Origin: Squalus acanthias
Taxonomy: Eukaryota
Direction of reading: 5' to 3'
Length of the DNA: 64,000 bases
Assembly (NCBI GenBank): GCA_030390025.1
Contig: CM059432.1
Location: forward strand, 119,724,001 to 119,788,000
Below are positions 1-12,730 of the stretch, in pieces. Below the pieces are notes generated by a model that ran no database searches, was not told where the DNA came from, and worked only from the letters and a program-made list of their open reading frames with translations. Positions within the stretch are counted from its first letter, which is position 1. Each line of letters begins with the position of its first letter. The position numbers were made by a program, and so were the translations under genes.

Positions 1-999
1 TCGCGCCAAAACTGCTTTACTAATTGATTTCGCGTTAAAGTGATTTAGGTTTCAGTTGAGGCCTGTTTATCTTCGCGCCAAATCTCGTTTCTTTGTCTTA
101 GGTTTTTGGCGGGCTCGTTAAGTCTGATGACTTTAACTTTGTGTTAACTTGTCCTGATGGCTACCGATGTCTTCCATTGAGACAGGGCCTCTATCTACCC
201 ACCAAATCTCGCTTCTTTTGTCTTAGGTTTTTGGCGGGCTTGTTAAACTGTTCCTTTCGATACTTGGCTAATCGGGTTTTGATGGGATGGTGGGCTATGA
301 AACTGTATACTGGCAGTTTTATTGTTTTCAGACTTCCAGTATCCTGTCTGGACCTGGGGATTTCAAAAGGGGTCTTGGGTTATTCATTTTTGAATGTGTT
401 TGTGAGGTTTTGGATGAGGCTCTTCCCCCTTGGTTGGATTGCAGTGCAAACATCTCCCAGACAGCTTGTCTTGGTCCCAATACCCAAAAGCTGTCCACTG
501 CCTCACCACACCCCTTCCCGCAGCCTGTGTTTCTGTGACTGCAGGTTTACCCAATGGCCCTTTTAAAAAGGTATCTTTATCATCCAAAGTCATTTTCCTC
601 AGGTTCTGTATTTTCCTTCCTTGATTCCCGTCAAAATGTCTTCACAACTGAGGCTTTGACCTCAAATTCCTTCATCACCCCCTTTAGGGTTCTATGCAAG
701 TTTCTGGGGGATTTTGCGAAGCCTACAGCCGTGATTTTCTCATTGGTGGTGGGTTGTGTGCAGGTCAGGTGGTTGGCGGGTTCCGGTCCCGCCACCGCTT
801 TCAGCCGGTCAAAAATTGAAATTTTGCCCTAATTGGGCTATTGAATCTCTGCGTGCTCGCTACCCTGGCCAATTAGTGGTTTTGGCTCTGCTGCTCGCCT
901 ATGCTGACGTTTGTCAGCCAGCTGCATTTAAGAGGCCCATGTAGCCTTGTTTCATTCTCTCATTATTTGATGCTGGATTTCGTGCTACCAACTGCTGCC

Positions 1000-2911
1000 A
1001 TGACTGCTTCAAGGGCCAAGGCCTCACCCCATTTTGATGACTCCTTCCATGCTCTTGTGGAGGGAGTCAGAGGGCACAAGGAGGTATTCTTTCCATCCTC
1101 TGGATGGAGGAAGCCTCTACAGCAAAGCAAAGTAGCCTGGCTGCATATTGCTCAGGAGGTCAGCTCCAGATCAATGTGCACTCGATCCTGGGTCCAGTGC
1201 AGAAAATGGTTCAATGACCTGGTACGCTCAGGAAAAGTGAGTATAACATCACACTTGCCCTAAATCTGCTCCCCATCTCCTCTCATCACCAGCACTCTGC
1301 ATTGTCAACCTACTCCTGCACATCCCACTTTACCCTTACATTCCTTGCACTCTTAACCATCTCTCTCTCTCTATGTACACAATCACTTCATTATTCGACT
1401 ATGCTGCACTCACACTCGCTATCACTGTTATGCAATGCCAACAACTAACAATGCACAGGGAGGGCCCTTGGTACTGGCACCTCACTCCATCTTTGTCTCT
1501 TCTAGCATCTATGCTATGGATTCTCTGCACTCACTCCATCATTCTCACTCAAACTCCACTTGTGTCCCTCATTGCAGGAAAAGAGAGCCCACAATAAGAG
1601 GGAGAGGGCCACCTTCCATTTCCAATCTGACCAATGCTGAGGAGGCTGCACTCAAAATCATCAGACGTGATGAGGATCTGGAAGTGGGGGATGGTCAGAT
1701 GGGCATAGCAGAGCAAGCTGGTGACAGAATAGATTTGCATTGCTCTCATTTAGATTGCATGAGTGACTGATATGGCATCTGATGCTCAAACAGATTGACT
1801 TATGATTATCTGCACAATTCGATGTGCATGCTACGTTAATATCACATGTCTAACTCATGCCTTTACTCCCCCACAGAACCATCGACAGCCGCCCTCCCCA
1901 CTGTCCAGGATGAAGAGCCTGAGCCTGAAGACTCCTCAGACAAACCTGCAACCTCTGAGGGCGCAGCGTCAGCAGAATTCAGCGCACCCAGCACCAGCGC
2001 AGATATGCACACCTCGGTGGGACCTTCGCAAGATAGAGTCATTTTGTCACCTGGTGTATCACAGCTCACAAGTGAGCATCAGCGGAGGGTGGAGACAGGG
2101 ACAGCAGTGGAGAGTTCTCGTCGGAGGCTGCAGGGCACTCCCAGCTCTGCTCAGCTGTATGTGGACCCTGTGCCTCTGGGGCCATCTAGAAAGAGAGCGC
2201 TGCAGGAACTCCAGGAACAAGTGCAGGAATCTCTGGCAGGTTTTACATCCAGGGTTACTGCGAGTGTGGAGAGGATGGAGGAGTCCATGTCTAACATGAG
2301 CAGAGCCTTTGTGGAGGAAATGATGCATAAACGCACCAAGACAGATAGGATGGCATCCTCCGTGGAACGGATGGCTACAGTCATGGAGGAAATAAGTTAC
2401 CAGAGTCAGGAAAACATGATGAATGTTCAGAATAGATTGACATCTCTGGAGGAGCGATGGGCAGCTATTGAGTAGAGAAACCAGAGCTTCATGGAAGTTC
2501 TTTTGAGGAGGACTGCCAGTTCAGATACGGGTCCTCATGGCCCCCCTGATGTGCAGCAAGATGCTGTCCAGCACTGAAGTGGTGCTGACTCATGAGAGGG
2601 ATGTTGTTGGCAGGCAACAAGGAAGTGTGGGCTCCTCTCCAAGCGCTCACACTCTGATGCCACTGCATAGCCCTCGGTCAGAGCCCCACCAGAGTCCTCA
2701 CCCAACTGAGATGGGCGTCTCAGCCCCTGCACAGCCGCAGGAGGAGCAGACTGTTGCCGAGCCCTCACAGGCCCGCAAACCCAGAGGATGCCCACAAAAG
2801 GTGTCGAAGCAGGAGCAGCATGAAAGTGAGCAAGGTGCCTCCACATCTGCTGAAGCCACAGGGGAAGCACCACATAGAAGCATGCATAAGAGGAAGATAA
2901 AGCACAATTAG
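1000..2911 (+). pseudogene. Harbinger Myb/SANT-like DNA-binding protein, spliced (exons ~1000-1236, ~1578-1720, ~1877-2911), with stops/frameshifts
   Basis: AWLHIAQEVSS...RSWVQCRKWFNDL trihelix motif followed by GTGAGT donor at 1237; acceptors ctcattgcag and ccccacag; low-complexity/coiled-coil C-terminal fragments. Confidence 0.75.
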
Positions 2912-3186
2912 TCACAAGGGTAGTCACTTGGGTGTTCTGTTCTGTTGTCTTTTGTTTTCTTTAATATTTGGCATTGTCATCCTTTTGTACATGTATTAAA
3001 CAGAAGTGATGGCAAACAGTTGAAGGTCTGGCCTATGTGTTCTGGGAAATGGAAGTTGCACAGTGAGGGCTCAGGGCGACTTGCATTTGTAATGATGGTG
3101 GTGAGAGTGATAGGAACCCACAGGTTCTTGTACATTATGTATGCTGTGATAAGAAGGTGCCAGCCACATGTGTTTGATTCATCTAC

Positions 3187-4372
3187 CTAAGCGAATCTGG
3201 CAAAGATTAGTACATCCCTTGCATCACAGGCAGAAGTATGTTCGTATGCTGCTGGAGCTGGCTCATCTGCCTCCGCAAGGTCTTCCTCCTCCTCCTCCTC
3301 ATCTGACGAGGCTGTGCGCTGAGCCACTTGTTCCTCAGGCAGCTGCAAGCCATGATGCTGTGCGATGTTGTGCAGTGCACAGCAGACCACAATGATTCTG
3401 GAGACCCTGGCTGCTGAGTACTGTAGGGCTCCACCTGATCTGTCAAGGCATCTGAATCGCATTTTGAGCAAGCCGATGGTTGGCATTCTAACACTCCTCT
3501 GCTTCGTTCGATGGCCTCCTCAACAGCGTCATTAGCCACGTCTTCAGGGGATAGCCCTTGTCTCCAAGCAGCCATCCGGAAAGTTGTCTTGGCAGATTGA
3601 AGAGCGGAGGCACACTAGACTGCCGCAGGATGAACGAGTCATGGCAACTGCCAGGGTACTTGGCGGAAACATGCATAATGTCCTTCCTGTGGTTACACAC
3701 CAGCTGAACGTTAAGGGAGTGGAAGCCCTTGCAGTTGACAAATAGAGCTGTGTTGTGATGGGGTGCCCTAATGGCCACATGTGTGCAGTCTACGATGCCC
3801 TGCACCCTTGGCAAGACTACCATATTTGCAAAGCCAACCGCACGTGTGGTTACACTTGCTTGATTCGTGGAGAAGTGGATGTAGTTGTGCGCCTTTGCGA
3901 AGAGGGCGTCGGTAACCTGCGTGATGCAAGCGTGTGCGGCCGACTGGGAGATTCCGCTGATGTCTGCTGATGATCTCTGGAAGGACCCTGAAGCAAAAAA
4001 ATTGAGTGCGGTGGTGACTTTGACAGCCACTGGTAAGGGGTGTCTACCTGCTCCTCTGGGCTCCAGGTGTTGGTGCAGCAGTGCGCAGATGTCAGCGACT
4101 ACCTCTCGCGAAAGTCTGAGTCTCCTTTGGCACTGCTGCTCACTCATGTTGAGGAAGCTCATCCTCTGCCTGTAAACCCTGTGTTGGGGGTATCTCCTGC
4201 GGCGAGGTGCAGACCTGCGCTGATGCCCTCTGCCCTGTGCAGCATCAGGTGGGTGAGGAGGAGGTTGGCACTCCTGCTGTTGGTGCTGCTGTTGTGCCTG
4301 GTTCTGCTGCTGCCGCGGCTGCTCTTCCTCTGAATCTGAGGACCAGGATGAGAGGGTATAAATGGTTCCCAT
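3187..4372 (-). pseudogene. Harbinger DDE transposase (HARBI1-like), frameshift near 3487
   Basis: [38 protein letters not shown], then IGLLKMRFRCLD and CCALHN in the second frame. Confidence 0.9.
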
Positions 4373-4900
4373 GCAGCTGGTAGCTATCTCAGTTGAGGAA
4401 GCGCTCAGTCAATGTGGGGAGAGTGTGTTCTCAGGAGGTCACAGTGGAGATGGATCTCAGCTTCACCACTTACAAGCTCAGTAGACCTGCAAAAAGATTT
4501 CCAAGACCTGAAAAAACAAAGTTCTGTCATCTGTAAGTGAGCCTTGTTAGAGCTCCGTTTTTATGCTGGAGCTGCAGCTGTCAAGAAGTAAGTCACTTGG
4601 TGAACCCGGCACAATCAGCTGGCGTGGTTTGGGAACGGCGTGGAACATGCAGAAAATGCAGAAAAATCAAAAACCGTTGTGAAAAGAGGCTTATCCAGGC
4701 AGTTAACAAGCTGTTAACTGCTTTAAGGGCCTCTCCCGCTGCTTGGTGGCGGGACCGATCGGAAGTCTGGGAGCCCGCATTTGGGAAAGTTGCGCAGAGG
4801 CGGTTTGACGGCGGGATCGGACCCCGCCGTCAATATTTGCGATTTTACCCTCTGACCCGCCTCCAAACCCGCCCTCTGAGCGCTGGCAAAATCGCGGCCC

Positions 4901-5232
4901 TAGACTCCCCCACCAGCAGAAATGGTTTCTAACTACCCTATCAATTCCTTTCCAAATCCTAAAAACCTCAATCACTCTTCTATATTCCAGGGAATATAAG
5001 CCTAGTTTATGTAATCTCGCCTCATATTTTAACACTTGGAGCCCTGGTAATAGTCTGGTGAATCGGCGCTGCACTCCTTCTCAAGGCCAATGTATCCTTT
5101 CTAAGGTGCAGTGCCCAGAACTGTGCCCAGTACTCCAGATGTGGTCTAACCAAGGCTTTGTACAGCCGTAGCAAAACTTCCTCCCCTTTATATTCTAGCC
5201 CTCCAGTTATATAGGCTAACAGTCTAGCACTT
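4901..5232 (-). mobile_element. CR1 LINE fragment (RT C-terminus)
   Basis: LYKALVRPHLEYWAQFW and QRRFTRLLPGL...LGLYSLE motifs. Confidence 0.85.
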
Positions 5233-6436
5233 ATTCGTACGTAGGGAATTGTGAGCACTTAGTGGTTACAAGGCAGTAATCTAACTGAGGGGATCAGGTA
5301 ATATTATAAAACAAGAGTGTGATGGTCACGCTGTCTATGACTGTCATCAGAACCCTAAATTTAAACAACAGCATTGAAATTACTCCAGGCTAGCTATCCT
5401 TTTAAATAAAGTTTACAGTTAATTTTATGGGGTAACGGCACTGAGTTTACAGTTTGTTCTGTGTCAACAGTAGCTGCCATTGCAGTCTGTGTCATTGATA
5501 CATAATGACATTCACGCTACAGAATTAATGATTGTGATGTAATTACTGTTGGTTTCATCTTATCGAGAAGTAATTTGCAGTTAATTAATCTCTGGCCAGT
5601 GCTGTTTATGAGTCTATTCTACTTAACATTCATGACATTTTGGTTGGGTGGGTTTCCTTTCATTTTGCAGAGTGACCCCTGGAAGCACATGTACAATTGC
5701 GAACAACAGAATAGAACAGAACAAAGCGAGGATCTTTAGCATAAATGTTTCTGCTTAATAAGAATCATTAATTGCTTTGAAAAAAAATAAATGTGCTGCT
5801 TTATACTTAATTGCCCACGTTCTGCAAATAACTCATTAATATTCATGTTAATGATAGAGGACATATGCCATCTCACCCGGCAGGCAGAGAGAGATAGAAG
5901 GTACAAATATATCAGATAAATGGTGATGGAATATCTGAGGAGCGGAAGAGTAATTGGAGAGAGACAGGAAACAGAAAAGGACCACGACAAATAGCATTGG
6001 GAAGAATGGTTCAGGGCAGTGAGCTCCCTGCTGGTATTTGTTCTCTGGTGGCTCTGCTGGAAAGTGAGTATGTATAGCAGTCGGAAGAAGGCCGCATTGG
6101 ACTCAGCTAGGATAACCCCCACAGCCTGTCTACTGTCTAGGTACCGGAGGGTGGCTGGCACCTGTGGAACTGTATCAGAGCATAAGTTAGATTTTCCTGC
6201 TCTTGCATGTCCATAAAGGACCCTGCCTATTTTCTGAAGATCCCATGGCACTATTCGAAGAAGAGCAGTGGCATTATCTCCCGGTGTCCTGGCCAATATT
6301 TATCCCTCAACCAACAGCACCAGAAAATAACAGACTCTGGTCATTATCACATTGCTGTTTGTGAGAGTTTGCTGTGAGCAAATTAGCTGCCGTGTTTCCT
6401 ACATTACAACAGTGACTCCACTTCAAAAGTACCTAA

Positions 6437-7019
6437 AACAAAAGCAAAATACTGCAGATGCTGGAAATCTGAAATAAAAACAGAAAATGCTGGAAATACT
6501 CAGCAGGTCAGGCAACATCTGTGGAGAGAGAAACAATGTTAACGTTTCAGGTCGATGACCCTTCGTCAGAACTGGAAAAAGCTGGAGATGGAACAGGTTT
6601 TTAAGCAAGTGTAGGGGCAGGGTGAGGGGGGAGGGGAGGAAAGAACAAAAGGGAAGGTCTGTGATAGGATAGACAAGGGGAGAAAAAATAGAGTCGAGAT
6701 AGGAAGAGATAAGTTGCGTGGGGCAAGAACAGGCTGAAACGATGTGTCTACCAGGGCAGTCCTGTTTGTGGATCTTGGGATGGAGGTAGAAGCGAGCTGT
6801 GTGGGGTTGGGGAACTATAAGGTTGGCAGCTGTGGAGGGAAGATCTTCAGAGGAGGTGAGGTCAGTGATGGGTTCCCCATGGAACTTATCTCTTCCTATC
6901 TCGACTCTATTTTTTCTCCCCTTGTCCAGTCTCTTCCCACCTACATCCGCGACTCTTCCAACGCCCTCCGCCACTTTAACAGTTTCCTGGCCCCAACCGT
7001 CTCCTTTTCACTTGTTTTT
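6437..7019 (-). mobile_element. Penelope-like element fragment (pLTR + RT piece, with inverted 5' segment)
   Basis: RFYLHPKIHKQDCPGRHIVS PLE RT motif on minus; LISSYLDSIFSPLV repeated on plus at ~6885; TSD acttcaaaagtacctaa at 6420-6436 and 7020-7036. Confidence 0.85.
6535..6575 (-). ncRNA. Minimal hammerhead ribozyme core in Penelope pLTR
   Basis: Minus strand CTGACGA-AGGGTC-ATC-GACCT-GAAAC-GTT: CUGANGA box, stem II, GAAA box, palindromic AACGTT. Confidence 0.7.
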
Positions 7020-7448
7020 ACTTCAAAAGTACCTAATTGGCTGTAAAGCGCTTTGGAATGTCCTGAAGCTGTGAAAAGCGCTATAGAAAATGCAAATCTT
7101 TGTTTCTTGCCTTTAATAATGTAAATGAACTGAAAATCAGACGGGTTCCCTTGTAGACAGTCTCCTCCCTGCCTGATTTTCCTGTGTTCAATGTGTCAAG
7201 GCAATTCAGTAGGCCCGGGGGCAGGAGCAAAATAATCTACTCCAGTCTTTTCAGGAAAAAAAGGGCATAAAATGAGCCTGTTAAAAATGTTAAGGATAAA
7301 GAATATTGGAACAATTCAACTGAGTCATTTTCGGTTTTCTTCCTATCTTTCTTTCCCTTTCAATCAGGAAGGGAGCCTTTTGTTTGGGTGGGTGAGGTGT
7401 AATCATTTATAAGCCCTGCTGTGGTGCGAATTAATGTAAATCACTATA

Positions 7449-8602
7449 GGGTCTGACATTCGGCAACCTTTGCACCGGCTGTTAAGGCCGGTTTCGTGAA
7501 AAAAATGGCACCCACCTCGCTTCCACACACTTCCGGCGTGGGCCGTGCCGGACGCCATATTTGTGAGGGCAAATAAAGAGTCATCGTTTACCTTCGTCTG
7601 AAGCAGGCATTAGGGCATTAACATATTCAAATAAGGGGCCTAATGCCTGCTTCAGCCACCTCTTATAAATTCGCTAGTGCTGGCTGCCTCCGGGAAAGCA
7701 AATGCTAAACAGCACCGAATTAAAAAGGGAAAGTACTTACCATTATCATCTCTGACCTCACTCCCGACTCTGACCTCTAGGAACTCTCTGATCACCCCCC
7801 CGATCCTGGCCCCGATCCCCAGGCACCCCCGATCCTGGCGCCGACCTCCATCACCCCCTCCCCCTCTCCCCGCCGATCCCGGCCCCGACCTCCCCCGATC
7901 CTGGCGCCGACCTCCATCACCCCCTCCCCCTCTCCCCGCCGATCCTGGCCCCGACCTTCCCCGATCCTGGCACCGACCTCCCCCGATCCTGGCCCCGACC
8001 TCCCCCAATCCTGGCACCGACCTCCCCCGATCCGGGTGCCGACCTCCATCACCCACTCCCCTGTTGATCCTGGCCCTGATCTCCCCCCGATCCTGGTGCC
8101 GACCTCCATCACCCCCTCCCCTGCTGATCCTGGCCCCGATCTCCCCCCGATCCTGGCGCCGACCTCCATCAGCCCCTCCCCCGCCGATCCCGGCCCCGAC
8201 CTCCCCCGATCCTGGCGCCGACCTCCCCCCGATCCTGGCCTGACCTCCCCCCGCTCCTGGCCCCGACCTCCACCCCCGATCCTGACCCTGACCTCCCCCT
8301 GCTCCTGGCCCCGACCTCCACCCCCGATCCTGACCCTGACCTCCCCCCGATCCTGGCCCCGACCTCCACCCCTGATCCTGGCCCTGATCTCCCCTCGATC
8401 CTGGCCATGACCTCCAGGCCCTCCTCCAGAGTCCTTCCTGCGCGTTCAGCCATTCACTGTATTCAGCACTGGGCTGAACCTCACAATAATGCTAATCAGC
8501 AGGCAGCACCAAAATAACAGCTCTGCCTGCGATCATTTTACAGGCGCGAGCAAATCTCGCCTTGCGATGGAATCGTTTCGGAACTCATCGAATTTTTAGG
8601 CC
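7449..8602. mobile_element. Harbinger-type non-autonomous element (MITE-like) carrying a minisatellite
   Basis: Weak TIRs GGGTCTGACATTCG / CGAATTTTTAGGCC with 3-bp ATA duplication (7446-7448, 8603-8605). Confidence 0.5.
7790..8415. repeat. C-rich minisatellite (core ccccgatcctggccccgacct variants)
   Basis: Many imperfect tandem copies visible directly; source of the Pro/Gly-rich spurious ORFs. Confidence 0.95.
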
Positions 8603-9101
8603 ATAGATTTCTTAATCCAGTTTCACCATAGCTTTCTGTAGATATGTTGATGCAACATTGGAATTTAAACAAGAATTGTTGGAAAAAAATAGGCTTCTGT
8701 AAAGGGGAGAAAGAGCATCTACACATAGAGTCAGAGAGGGAGAAATTCGGTATCGTCCCGTTTGGGGCGCAATTATCGGCCGGGCGCAAAGTTTAGCGCC
8801 TGGCGCTAATTATCGCCTCCGACTGCAAACTTGGCTTTTATCGCCCCAGGAGGTGATTGGAGCGCTAAATCAGGCGCTACACACCTGTCTGAAGGCGCAA
8901 AGGCCGAGGAGCGAGGCGGTATCTCAGAGCACGGGAGCAGCGCAGCACAGGTGATGTCAGTTAGCAATGGAACACAGACACTCTGGCGCCGGCCAGTTCT
9001 TAAAGGGGAGGGTCGATCTTGCTCTCCAGCCACACCCTACTCATTGGAGCCTTGAATCTTGGCCTGGAGAGACCTGTGACTACATTTTCCAGCCAAGGAC
9101 T

Positions 9102-11015
9102 ATGGAGAGGGTGAGAGAACGAGCTCAGCGCTTCAGCGAGCGGGACTTGGAGGCTCTGGTTGGCGTGGTGGAGTGCAGAAGATCTATACACTACCCTGAG
9201 AGTGGCAGGAGGCCTTTGCCGCGCGAGTACAGAAGAGTGTGGAGGGAGGTGGCTCAGCACGTCTCCTCCAGGAGCATGGTGCCCAGGACCCATACTCAAT
9301 GTTGCAAAAAGTTCAACGACCTCACTCGGGTCGTCAGGGTGCGTGGCTTTTTTTCAATATCTCTCCATCCCCCCATTTAAACCTCACTCTATGGCCAGAG
9401 GGTCTTAAAACCCCAATGCCCAACACTCATCCAACACCTATGGCCCTCTCAAGAAACACACACGCACATTCCACACCTTGCATATAGTAAGGGCTATTCA
9501 ACTACGGGAGGCACATCAGGCAAGACCAAGGCTGCATACATTAAGGGCTAATCAATTATGGGAAGCACATCAGGCAAGACCATTGCTGTATATTTACACA
9601 GACGCTGTCCTTTTTCTTGCAGGCCAAGCTATCTCACAACAGGCGACAGCAGCAATGGACGGATGGAGGGCCGCCTCAGCTGCAACCCCTCAGTGATCTT
9701 GAGGCGTGCGTCCACAGGATCATCACAAGCCAGGTGATCAGTCCCGTTGCCCCTGGAGAGGTCGACCCCGTTTGGGACAGCAATGGTAAGGTCATCAGTT
9801 TTCTCTCCTCTCTCATTCCACTTGTCCCTCACAACACCAGCCTTTGACACTTTCAATCCAACTTACTAAATCGCTCCACTCCTTCCTCCCTTACTGCCCC
9901 CCTGCCCTCACTCTAAAGCCACTCTTGTACCTCCCTGCTTTCAGATGGTGATTCACCAGCTGAGGAGAGGGGCCCTCAAGCTGCCAGTGGGAGCGAAGCC
10001 GCAGGCGAGGAGGAAGAGGTAACCGGAGCCTCAGCGCCACCCTCTCCCGAGGAAGCCCATGCCCACACTGGGACCATGTCTTCCCTGGAGGGGAGCAGGG
10101 GGGAAGGGTCTGATGAGGGTGAAGCTCCGGGACCCAGCGGGCTGCAGCAACGCGATGGGGGTAGGGAAGCTCGGGGGCCTTCTCCCCGGAGGGAGAGTAG
10201 GCCAGCGAGTCCTGCTGCACTGGACGCAGAGGAGGAGCGGCTCATCGCTGAAATGAACACCCAGGTGGTGAACATGCACACTCAGCTCATGGGTGCAATG
10301 GGGAAGGGTGTCCGAATGCATTGATGCACTGGCAAGGAGTGTGGAGCACTACGCTGTAGCACAGGCGGATGCCATGCAAATGCTTAGTGCTGCAATTCAG
10401 TCACTGGCTGCCGTGATTCAATCTCAGACTGCTGTCATGCAGACTCAAATTGAGGCCACGCAAGCACTGACTGCTGCCATTGTTGCTGGTTCGGACACAT
10501 TTCCCCAAGGCTCTCACCACGCCACAGCAGGCCAGCAATCTGTGCTCCAGCAGATTGCTCTGGATGCTGATGTGCTGCCCCGTGGGAGAGGCAGTGTGTC
10601 GGTCGAGCAGGGAGTTGCTGTCCTCTCTCAAGATGACAGCATTCCTGCTGCCACCACTGTCACTTCCCCATTGCACTTGCCACCGCCTGTAGCCCAGACT
10701 GCTGCCGCCCATGCAGAGTTGGTGCAGTCTGCAGCCGGGCCCTTCAGGCCCAGAGCTGGTCGAGGCCGCCCTTCAAGGGCATCTGCAGTCTCAGGTTCTG
10801 ACAATCAGCAGCCTTCCACCAGCCTTGCTGCAGCCACTGGGGCCCTATTACGGAGGAGCAGTAGGGTGGGAAGGGGGAAGTGCGCAAGAGAAGGAGATCA
10901 CCCTCGAAGGGCAAAAAGTAGGAGGTCTGACGAAATGTTGGGAATTTTTTTATTAAAGGCAAGGTTCGTGTTCAAACTTTTGTTTAGTGTTTTGGACATT
11001 ATCTCCAGGTTGTGA
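9102..11015 (+). pseudogene. Harbinger Myb/SANT-like protein, spliced (exons 9102-9338, 9623-9785, 9945-~11015), disrupted
   Basis: RFSERDLEALV...VWREVAQHVSS...RTHTQCCKKFNDL; GT at 9339, ttgcAG at 9622, GTAAG at 9786, tttcAG at 9944. Confidence 0.8.
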
Positions 11016-11179
11016 GAACCAGTTATGTTAATGAATGATTTTTTGTGTTTGTTTCTATTAGTTTGTCATGAAGAAATGACACACACAGAGTTTGTAAAAT
11101 ATTTTTTTTTGTATTCAAAATGTACAGGTTTGGCCTTTGAACCATTGCTGCCTTGGCCGGCTTTGGGGTTGCGGGTTGC

Positions 11180-12372
11180 TTTCATTCATGTTGTTCTCCA
11201 TGCCAGAAGCCATTTCTCAGTAGGGGCCTAGAAGCGGCTTGTTATCAGTCATTGACAGACGGCCCTTGCAGTTTCAGCATTGTGGGCCTCCCTCCCGCCT
11301 TGGTGCTGCTGCTGATCATCCTCCTCCTCTTCCTCCTCCTCCGGTGATGCTCCAAGGCCTGGTGGCATTGGCTGGGATCCTGAGGATTGCCAGGTTATGA
11401 AGAATGCAGCACACAACTATGAAGAGGGAGACTCACTCAGGCGAGTACTGCAGGGGTCCTCCTGAGTAGTCCAGACATCGGAACCGTTGCTTGAGCACGC
11501 CGATCGTCTGCTCAATGATGTTACTGGTGGCGAGATGGCTCTCATTGTACCACAGCTCAGCAGGGGTGTTGGGGTTACGGAGCAGTGTCATCAGCCAGGT
11601 GCACAGTGGATAAACCTTGTACCCGAGGAGCCAACCACTTGGCTGATGCGGTGCCTGGAAAAGTTCTGGCACACCAGTCTGGCGCAGCATGAAAGCATCG
11701 TGGCTGCTGCCAGGATAGTGGGCATTGAGAGCAAGTATCAGCTGTCTATGGTCACAGACCAACTGGACATTTAAGGAGTGGAACACCTTGCGGTTCCGGA
11801 AAGCCTCTGCATTCTCATGCGGTGCCCGCAATGCCACTTGCGTGCAGTCAATGGCGCCCTGCACCATGGGGAAGCCCACTATCCTCGCAAAGCCCAATGC
11901 GCGTTCATGCTATTTGGCCCGGGTCATGGGGAAAGAGATGTACTGACGTCTCCTTTTATAGAGGGCATTTGTGACCTGACGGATACAGCAATGGACCGCG
12001 AACTGGGAGATATTGGCGATGTCCCCAGTAGTTGCTTGAAAGGAGCCAGTGGCATAAAAATTCAGAGCCACTGTGACCTTCACTGCCACCGACAGAGATG
12101 TCCTGGTCCTCAGTTGAGGCTGCAGATCTGGGTGCAGCAGGTGGCAGAGCTCAGTGACCACCTCCTTGCTGAAGCGCAGCCTGCGCAAACACTGCTCCTC
12201 AGACAAATTAATGTAGGAGAATTGTTCCCGGAATACACTGGGAGGGTAAGGTCTCCTGTACAGAGGCCTGTTGGCCCTCCTCCCTCTGGCTATGTTTGCC
12301 ACTCTCTCTGTGTCTCTGTGGCCTCCGATTCTGCAGGTGCAGGACGACGCCCCGAATCAGTGCAGCCCCCAT
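11180..12372 (-). pseudogene. Harbinger DDE transposase, with stops/frameshifts
   Basis: [44 protein letters not shown] across broken ORFs 11910-12302 and 11433-11897. Confidence 0.9.
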
Positions 12373-12730
12373 ACTCTCTTGGCAATCGAAGTAATGAAGG
12401 TCAAATCGAAAAGTACCTGCAAAGTGATGCTCAGTAGCCAAAACTACTTCACACAGCATTGACTCTTTGCAGAAGTCTCTCTATCTCTTTCTCCGAATCT
12501 CTCTCTCTGTCAGACTGAGTGGTGCAAAAATGTCTACCACAGAAAAAGCCAGGAAGAGGGCGCCATTAAATAGCGCCCCCCCAGCCCCTCACCGACTGGG
12601 AAACGTTCCAGTCTCCCTGTCATTGCTTGCGCCAGGCGGAAAGGAGGGGGGCGCCACTCAATATCCGGTCTGGGGCGCCACCAGGGAGTTGCACGCTCGA
12701 CTGACGTCACAATCTGCGGGCGCTGGAGAT

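Larger units (their letters stand above)
726..4900. mobile_element. PIF/Harbinger DNA transposon 1 (decayed; convergent Myb-like and transposase genes)
   Basis: Two convergent genes typical of Harbinger; degenerate TIRs (cagccgtgatttt at 726 vs reverse complement of aaaatcgcggccc ending 4900) and inverted subterminal motif ggtcccgccacc/ggtggcgggacc; ends approximate. Confidence 0.8.
6230..7100 (+). mobile_element. Deu-domain-like SINE interrupted by a Penelope insertion
   Basis: gatcccatggcactattcgaagaagagcag...gtcctggccaatatttatccctcaacc core, also at 35930 and 36250; family assignment recalled, not searched. Confidence 0.6.

Noticed and set aside
1..720. Short ORFs and a ~60-bp imperfect duplication (61-121 vs ~185-246)
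   Set aside because: Probably a decayed repeat cut by the window edge; no family or product assignable
5670..5700. VTPGSTC resembling an alcohol dehydrogenase exon start
   Set aside because: The expected AVFGLGG does not follow; chance match
5736..6296. 186-aa minus-strand ORF
   Set aside because: Starts within a SINE and has no recognisable domain
7652..8453. Pro- or Gly/Arg-rich ORFs
   Set aside because: Translations of the minisatellite
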